Made by a program: the position numbers and the translations under genes. From Eledone cirrhosa (taxonomy: Eukaryota), in contig OZ024761.1 of NCBI GenBank assembly GCA_964016885.1, positions 26,102,001 to 26,166,000 on the forward strand: a stretch of DNA of 64,000 bases, in the 5' to 3' direction. Position 1 is the first letter of the stretch; the number at the start of each line of letters is the position of its first letter. Below, piece after piece: positions 56,433 to 64,000 of this stretch. The notes beneath the pieces are model-generated. The model made no database searches and was not told the DNA's origin. It worked only from the letters and a program-made list of their open reading frames with translations.

Positions 56433-57297
56433 TTTAACTCCTTAGCATTTACATTACTCCATATTTACTATTGTATTTTCACAGATAAGTCTTTATCTCA
56501 CATAATTATGTCGCATAATTATCTCACATTATTAGTGGATTGGCAGTATCGGTAGAGAGTCGGACGCCATGCTTTCCAGCATAGTTACGTCCCTTTATGA
56601 TCTGAGCTCAAATCCCGCCGAGGTTAACTTTGCCTTTCATCCTTACGGGGTCGATAAAATAAAGTACCAGTAATACACTGGGTAAATGCTGGCATTGTGC
56701 CTAAAGTAGAAACAATTATTAGTGGATTGGCAGTATCGGTAGAGGGTCGGGTGCCATGCTTTGCAGCATAGAGTTACGGCTCTTTATGATCTGAACTCAA
56801 ATCTCGCCGAGGTTAACTTTGCCTTTCATCCTTATGGGTCGATAAAATAAAGTACCAGTCACGCACTGGGGTCGATTTAATCGACTTTCCCCTCCCCCAA
56901 ATTACTGGCCTTGTGCCTATATAAGAAACCAATATTAGGTGTATTGCCAGTATCGGTAGAGGGTCGGACGCCATGCTTTGACGTATAGAGTTACGGCCCT
57001 TGCCATTCTGAGTTCAAATCCCGCCGAGGTTAACTTTGCTTTTCATCCTTACGGGATCGATAAAATAAAGTACCAGTAATACACTGGGGTAATTGCTGGC
57101 CTTGTGCCTAACGTAGAAACAATTAATATCTTACATAATTATCTCACGTAATATCGAATCTACGAGATTTTAATATTATTTATTTTGAGAGCAATACCTT
57201 AACGTCGGAAAGAGCAGCCTGATACGATTGGCTGAAACAGAAAGAGATTTATAGAATTCTGACCGGCTCTGGCCGGTTTAAATGCTAAAGTGTAAAA
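56433..57297. mobile_element. piggyBac-like MITE interrupted by three tandem SINE family 2 copies (56533-57123)
   Basis: Imperfect TIRs ttaactccttagcattta / taaatgctaaagtgtaa. SINE heads gtggattggcag-like at about 56535, 56722 and 56938. Confidence 0.65.
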
Positions 57298-57567
57298 CAT
57301 TAATTTCATATGTACGCTGTATGTACCATAGTTCGAACAACTGAAACCCTCGTCGTTGATAACGACGGAGATCCCTTCCATTACCTGGAATGTCTTTCAT
57401 CATTGGCCTGTTCAAGCAAGGATGACGTAAAGTTAACCAATAAATTTAATTTGACGGTACATTGTTTGCATTAAATTTAATTAAAATTCTTTTAATTGCT
57501 ATTTAAATATTTGCAAATATGGCAAAACCACATGTCTCATTGGCGCACATGCACATAAACACATATC

Positions 57568-57916
57568 TCTGCTGCTGCTGCTGCTGCTGCTATTGCTGCT
57601 GCTGCTACTGTTGCTGCTGCTGTTACTATTGCTGCTAATACTACTGCTACTGTCACTGCTGCTGCTATTACTACTGCTGTTGCTACTACTACTGCTGCTG
57701 CTACTGCTGCTGCTGCTATTGCTGCTGCTACTGCTGCTACTATCACTGTTGTTGCTACTACTACTATTGCTGCTACTACTACTGTTGCTGCTGCTGCTAC
57801 TGCTGCTGCTACTGCTGCTACTACTACTGCTATGTTACAATTATTATTACCACCGCCAGTACCACCACGACCACCACCACGAACACTACTACTACTACTT
57901 CAACTAGTACTACTAT

Positions 57917-57949
<33 letters not shown>

Positions 57950-58066
57950 TACTACTTCTACTACTACTTCTACTACTACTATTACTACTACTTCTACAAC
58001 TACTACTATAACTACTACTACTATTACTACTACTTCTACTACTAGTATTACTACTACTATTACTAT

Positions 58067-58105
<39 letters not shown>

Positions 58106-58822
58106 ATGTATGACTTGAAAATATACGCCTGTTTTAGATCCGCATTCAGTCGTGAGAACTCTCCTTCCTTCTCCCGCCTCTTCCTTCTCCCCCTTCATTC
58201 TCCCCTCCCCCCATTCTCCCCTCTTCCCCCCTCTTCATCCCCCCCTCTTCCTTCTCCCCTCTCCCCATCTTCCTCCTCCCTATCTTCCTCCTCTCCATCT
58301 TCCTTCACCCCTCTTCATTGTCCCCCTCCTCCTTCTCATCCCCCCTTTCTTTTCACCCCCCCCCCCCCATTTACCCCTCTTCTTCCCCCTGCCGCTCTGT
58401 CTTCGACCCTTGCTCCTTCTTATACACCATTATCATCATCATCATCATCAACAACAACAACACCGTCACCATTATCAGCACGATGATGGTGATGGCGACG
58501 ATGATGGTGATGGCGATGGTGATGATGAATAAGCGGAGGAGAGGGAGAAGGAAGGATAGGAAGAGGATTACAACAACCACAACAACAACAACAACAATCA
58601 CAACAACAACAAGGAAGATAAATAGCTATAGAGGGAAATCGATAAAAAACGAAAGCTGATCGATATAGAAATAACAACAGCTAGATACAAGGAGATATAG
58701 GTACTGATAGATTTAGTGATGAGGGAGTTATTGGTGCTGGGGGAGGGATGAGAGGGTCGGCGGGGGTGTGTGGTTAATGTTTTATATTGTCCACATTGTA
58801 GTATATACTTCACTGAAGAGAG

Positions 58823-58859
<37 letters not shown>

Positions 58860-59508
58860 TTACTACTATTACTACTATTACTACTGCTGCTACTATTACT
58901 ACTATTACTACTATTACTACTACTATTACTACTATTACTACCATTACTACTACTATTACTACTATTACTACCATTACTACTACTACTACTATTACTACTA
59001 TTACTACTATTACTATTACTACTATTACTACTGCTGCTACTATTACTACTATTACTACTATTACTACTACTATTACTACTATTACTACTACTATTACTAC
59101 TATTACTACCATTACTACTACTATTACTACTATTACTACCATTACTACTACTACTACTATTACTACTACTACTACTACTACTATTACTACTATTACTACT
59201 GTTGCTACTATTACTACTATTACTACTATTACTACTACTATTACTACTATTACTACCATTACTACTACTACTACTATTACTACTATTACTACTACTACTA
59301 CTACTATTACTACTACTACTACTACTACTATAACTAATAATAATAATAATACGGTTACTACTAGTGTTACTACTACTACTACTGCTGTTGCTGCTACTAT
59401 TTCTACTACTGCTGTTACTACTACCACTTTTATCTCTACTACTATTACTACTGTTACTATTGCTGTTGCTATTGCTGCTACTATTACTACTACTACTACT
59501 ACTATTAT
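57568..59508. repeat. (CTG)n/(CTA)n/(TAC,TAT)n trinucleotide tracts with a pyrimidine-rich insert
   Basis: Visible; explains the poly-L/Y/V ORFs. Confidence 0.95.
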
Positions 59509-59697
59509 TAGTGGATTGGCAGTATCGGTAGAGAGTCGGACACCATGCTTTGAAGCATAGAGTTACGTCCCTTTATAATCTAAGTTCAAATCCCGCCGAG
59601 GTTAACTTTGCCTTTCATCCTTACGGGGTCGATAAAATAAAATACCAGTAATGTACTGCGTATGTGCTGGCCTTGTGCCTAAAATAGAAACAAGTAT
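59509..59697 (+). mobile_element. SINE family 2
   Basis: gtggattggcagtatcggtag...gttcaaatcccgccgagg...ccttgtgcc. Confidence 0.85.
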
Positions 59698-60181
59698 TAC
59701 CACTACTACAGCTGATGATGATGATGAATGGTTTTAAGAATGTTGTAGAATTTAGTTTAAGTGAAGGCAACATCGTAATATTTCGGGTATTGTAATCCCT
59801 TCCGCAAATATCACAGCGACAATACTGGAATATTTTAATCTGAGAGGTCTCCACACACCCGAAGAAGGGATTTTTAAGTGCCGAAACGTCATGACGAGAA
59901 CGTTTTACTCCCAGAGCTTCCCATATGCCTGAAGAAGGAATTTTAGAGTCCAAATGTGTCACGAGCTGAACGTTTTACTCTGCAAATTCCATATCCTCTG
60001 ACACAGAGAATTTTAAGTCCAGAAATATTAGGACGAAAAAAATATATATAATTAAACTAGCAAGTCATACACAAACATCTACGTTGCCTTCATTTGAACT
60101 AAATTTTACAGTCCATTTCCAATGTCTTAGCTTTCTTAAAACAGATCATGTTCTATATTATACGCTATACATAACCTTTCA

Positions 60182-61018
60182 TGTATATATCTAAAACAGA
60201 GAATGTCTGTCTGTGTTTCTTTCTTTCTGTCTCCCTAAAACTCGAGAAACACCCAACCGATTTATTTCAAACATTACACATATAACACATATGATGGTGT
60301 GAGTGTTTTGAGCCAAAAATATTTCAAATGTTCTATGCCCTAGGGACCGCAATAGGCGAAGAACCGCATATTTTAGGCTTTAAAGGCTTTTTTGAGACAT
60401 AACGGAACAAAAATCCAGGCGATTTCTTCAAAATTTGCATTACGTATGTCGTTTAAAGTGTTTAGAGCAACATTTGGTTTCCTCATCTTTTGCCCCATGG
60501 ACCGCATTAGGCGGAAAACCGATTTTTGAAGCATTTTGGTTGCGTTAGCGCCTGTAACTCGATAAGTAGCGAACCGATTTTTTGTTAAACTTTGTATATG
60601 CATTATTTATCTTTCACAAAAGTTCTTGACTGAAAAAAGATTTCAAATTTTTGTCCGGGGACCGCATTGTTTAGCATCTTGGTTGCGTTATGGGTCTTAA
60701 AAGTATCCGACTAAATTCCTTCATGCTCTCCACCACTGCAGTCCCACATGCTTACTGCTCTGTAACTATTGTTTTCATTGTACCATAGCACACTAATACA
60801 TGTTCGTCTTGGCTTTCGTGGGTTGAACATTTTACTCTAGGGCACCCAATTAAGTTAAATCCCAGGTAATCTACAACGAATTTTTTTTTATAAGCACAAA
60901 ATGTAGACACCATCCCCAGGCCGAGGTATTCCGTAATTCTCTGTACTGTTTCAGAAAGGAGGGATAAACATGCCAATCTATGTTTATAATCCCGAGCAAC
61001 GCCGGGCCATTCTGCTAG
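60182..61018 (+). mobile_element. Non-autonomous Helitron
   Basis: 3' hairpin cccgagcaacgccggg followed by CTAG|T at 61015-61019. 5' end A|t(g)tatatatctaaaacagagaatgtctgtctg with (TCTG)n; internal repeated gggaccgca units. Confidence 0.7.
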
Positions 61019-61340
61019 TATGAACAAAAACATGCTATTTCAAAACTGAAACTAAAAAAATAATGAACATTAAATGTAAAAGTTATCCAAAAACAAAAAA
61101 ACAGGTTTCTCGGCCTCCGTTCATCCAATTCGTCTATCCACCCTTTTGTTAATGTTTATCAAAGATTTACAATGAAGTGGAAAAAACAACGACGAAATAA
61201 CAGCCATTTAAAATATATCATTTATTACCAACTATACAAAGTTCCACATCAAAACCTATATGTATTCACTGTATATGTGTACAAATGTACGTATATATAA
61301 TATATACGTATATATCAATATATATATCAATTTATATCAA

Positions 61341-61397
<57 letters not shown>

Positions 61398-61452
61398 CTG
61401 TATATATATATATATATATCTGTATCTCTCTCTCTCTCTCTCTCTCTGTATA

Positions 61453-61558
<106 letters not shown>

Positions 61559-61688
61559 TCTCTCTCTATATATCTCTCTCTCTATATATATATATAGAGA
61601 GGGAGAGATACTTTTTTAACAATCCATATAGATGCATATCTGAAAACTAAATATATTATATACAACTATATATATACATACATATATA

Positions 61689-61735
<47 letters not shown>

Positions 61736-61822
61736 TTTTTAACAATCCATATAGATAAATATCTGAAAACCAAAGATATTATATATATTATATACAACTA
61801 TATATATAAACATACATATATG

Positions 61823-61864
<42 letters not shown>

Positions 61865-61924
61865 GGCACACATGCACATATATGTTAATATATATATACA
61901 TATCGGCACACATGCACATATATG

Positions 61925-61964
<40 letters not shown>

Positions 61965-62115
61965 CATATAGGCACACATGCATATATATGTAAGTATATA
62001 TATATATAATATATATATATTTAATAAATATAGGCACACATTCATATGTATGTAGGTATATATACATATATAATATATATATATTTAATAAATATAGGCA
62101 CAAATGCGTATGTAA

Positions 62116-62164
<49 letters not shown>

Positions 62165-63105
62165 ATACATATATATATATATATATATTATAAATACATA
62201 TATGGTTATTTTTTTACCACCTTATTAAAGTTTCAAGTTGTAACGTTCTACGGTTTTAACGTTTTAACGTTGTATTGTTGTAATGTTCAAAGTTTCATTA
62301 TCACATCGTAAAATCGTATCATATCATATAATATTGATTCTTTGTAGTTTTAACACTTCCTTACAAACAGCGCTTGTTGTAATAATGGGCAAACGAACAT
62401 CTCAAAACAGTATTTTCTGGAATATAATAAATGGTATTTTTCTTCCATTCTTCACATATGTTTATCATATGTTTCTTTTCTTTTTTCTAGAACATTCTTT
62501 GAAGATTTCTTCGTTTGGTTAACATTCTCGTTGCGTTGTTTGTGGTTGTCGTTTTACTAGTTGCTGAGGATTGTTTTAATGTTGGCGGTTGTTGTAAACA
62601 CACACATGTATTTATATATTCATAAATGGATGCATATACTTAAATACACCGTCCCCGAACACGCACACGCACACGCTCACACAGGGACACGTTTATGTAA
62701 ACGTACATATATAAGCATATATTTATACATACACAAACATACATAATTTGGCGGTTGTTGAAAACGCACACATGTAAACATATATGGATGCATATACTTA
62801 CATCCTTCTAATAGACACGCACACACATAAAAACACTCATCTATATGTAAACCTACATATATAAGTTGAAAAATACATACACAAAACATACAAACACACA
62901 TACAAACACACGAAAAACCGGTTCCCTTCCCCTCGCCAGCATCGGCACACACGCACGCCCGCCCGCACGCACGTGTAATTCATTGATACATATAAAAAGA
63001 CAGCTAATTTTACTTATCTTAACACGTGCTAATGATCACACACACTCATACACACACACACATACACACACTGTGAGAAAAACCACACACCCTCCATCTC
63101 AACTC

Positions 63106-63145
63106 TACTTTTGAAAAGCAGAAGAACTGCGAAACCGGTAAAGGA
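63106..63145 (+). ncRNA. Minimal hammerhead ribozyme with compensatory U3-A8 core
   Basis: tactt TTGAAAA gcag-aagaa-ctgc GAAA ccgg TA aagga; short imperfect stem I, palindromic CCGG loop. Confidence 0.55.
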
Positions 63146-63418
63146 ACCAAATAAATATATATATATTTTTTTAAATAAGACTCCAGTTGCATTTTCGATT
63201 TCATCTTTTTTTCTTTATAATTTCACTCGTGTAGGACACCTCGGTTATTTTTCATTTCGTAAAAAAAACCTCCCTTTCTAATATATATATATATCCCGGA
63301 TTCAATCAGGAATAACCACAGTAAGTAAGGTACTCAATACATAGTAGAGTATAAATATTTAATCATCCGGAAAGACCTCGTGATTTCCTTCGAATAAACA
63401 GTTCTATTCCTCTAGAAG

Positions 63419-63456
<38 letters not shown>

Positions 63457-63904
63457 TTGGAAATTTAGTAAAATCGAATCTCTGGCGGTTTGCAAGTAAA
63501 TTCGGCCTACTTATATGAAATGATGAGTTAGCAAAGCACTCGATAAGGTAGGGCCTTAGAGTAATAACATACGTTTAAATAGCTTGACAAATCGAACATT
63601 GTGGTAGGCAAATCTAACACACAATACAATACCAAAGTAACGATAGAACTAACAGGTTGAGAAAAATACACCTGGACAAATCAAACGATTAATCGTTCAA
63701 AGTGTTTCTTTGAATCCGAAATCAAATATCAGACTTACGTGACTGGCAAGCTCGTGGTATTCATGATCGAACAGAGGATTCAGTTTTTCAACAGGATTTT
63801 CGTTCTACCCAGAACTGGGGTGATGGGCTAAATGTTGCTGCTAAATGCGGCGTATCGTATCTATAGCTGTCACGTTAATTCTAGCATATATATATATATA
63901 TGGT

Positions 63905-64000
63905 GGAGGCACGTGGCTTAGTGGTAAGGGTGTTGAACTTACGATCATAATGTCGTGGGTTCGATTCCTGGATTGCGTGTTGTGTTCTTGAGCAAAACAC
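63905..64000 (+). mobile_element. SINE family 1 (runs off the window)
   Basis: ggaggcacgtggcttagtggtaagg...ggttcgattcc...ttcttgagcaaaacac. Confidence 0.8.

Overview
AT-rich, microsatellite-saturated eukaryotic DNA, almost certainly from an octopod cephalopod, judged from the tRNA-derived Nin/Deu-domain-type SINEs and the (TA)n/(CA)n/(GA)n load. Nearly all ORF-track entries are microsatellite artefacts. Recognisable content: a 5'-truncated Naiad-type Penelope-like retroelement (PLE; RT thumb plus GIY-YIG, 2092-3489), 3' fragments of a Vingi/Ingi-like and a Tx1/L1-like LINE, two SINE families, Tc1/mariner, hAT and piggyBac-like MITEs, a non-autonomous Helitron, minisatellites, two kb-scale local duplications and a weak candidate spliced gene at the left edge. 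The most striking pattern is about 25 short, ORF-less, asymmetric fold-back elements from several unrelated sequence families, sitting in (TA)n. Several families carry minimal type-I hammerhead ribozymes (HHRs) in one or both arms, including non-canonical cores (U3-A8, A4). They share a TYGAGYRC-like motif in the unpaired tail, have family-specific short-arm end points, and copy the architecture of the PLE at 2092-3489. All folds and homologies were read by eye; no searches were run.
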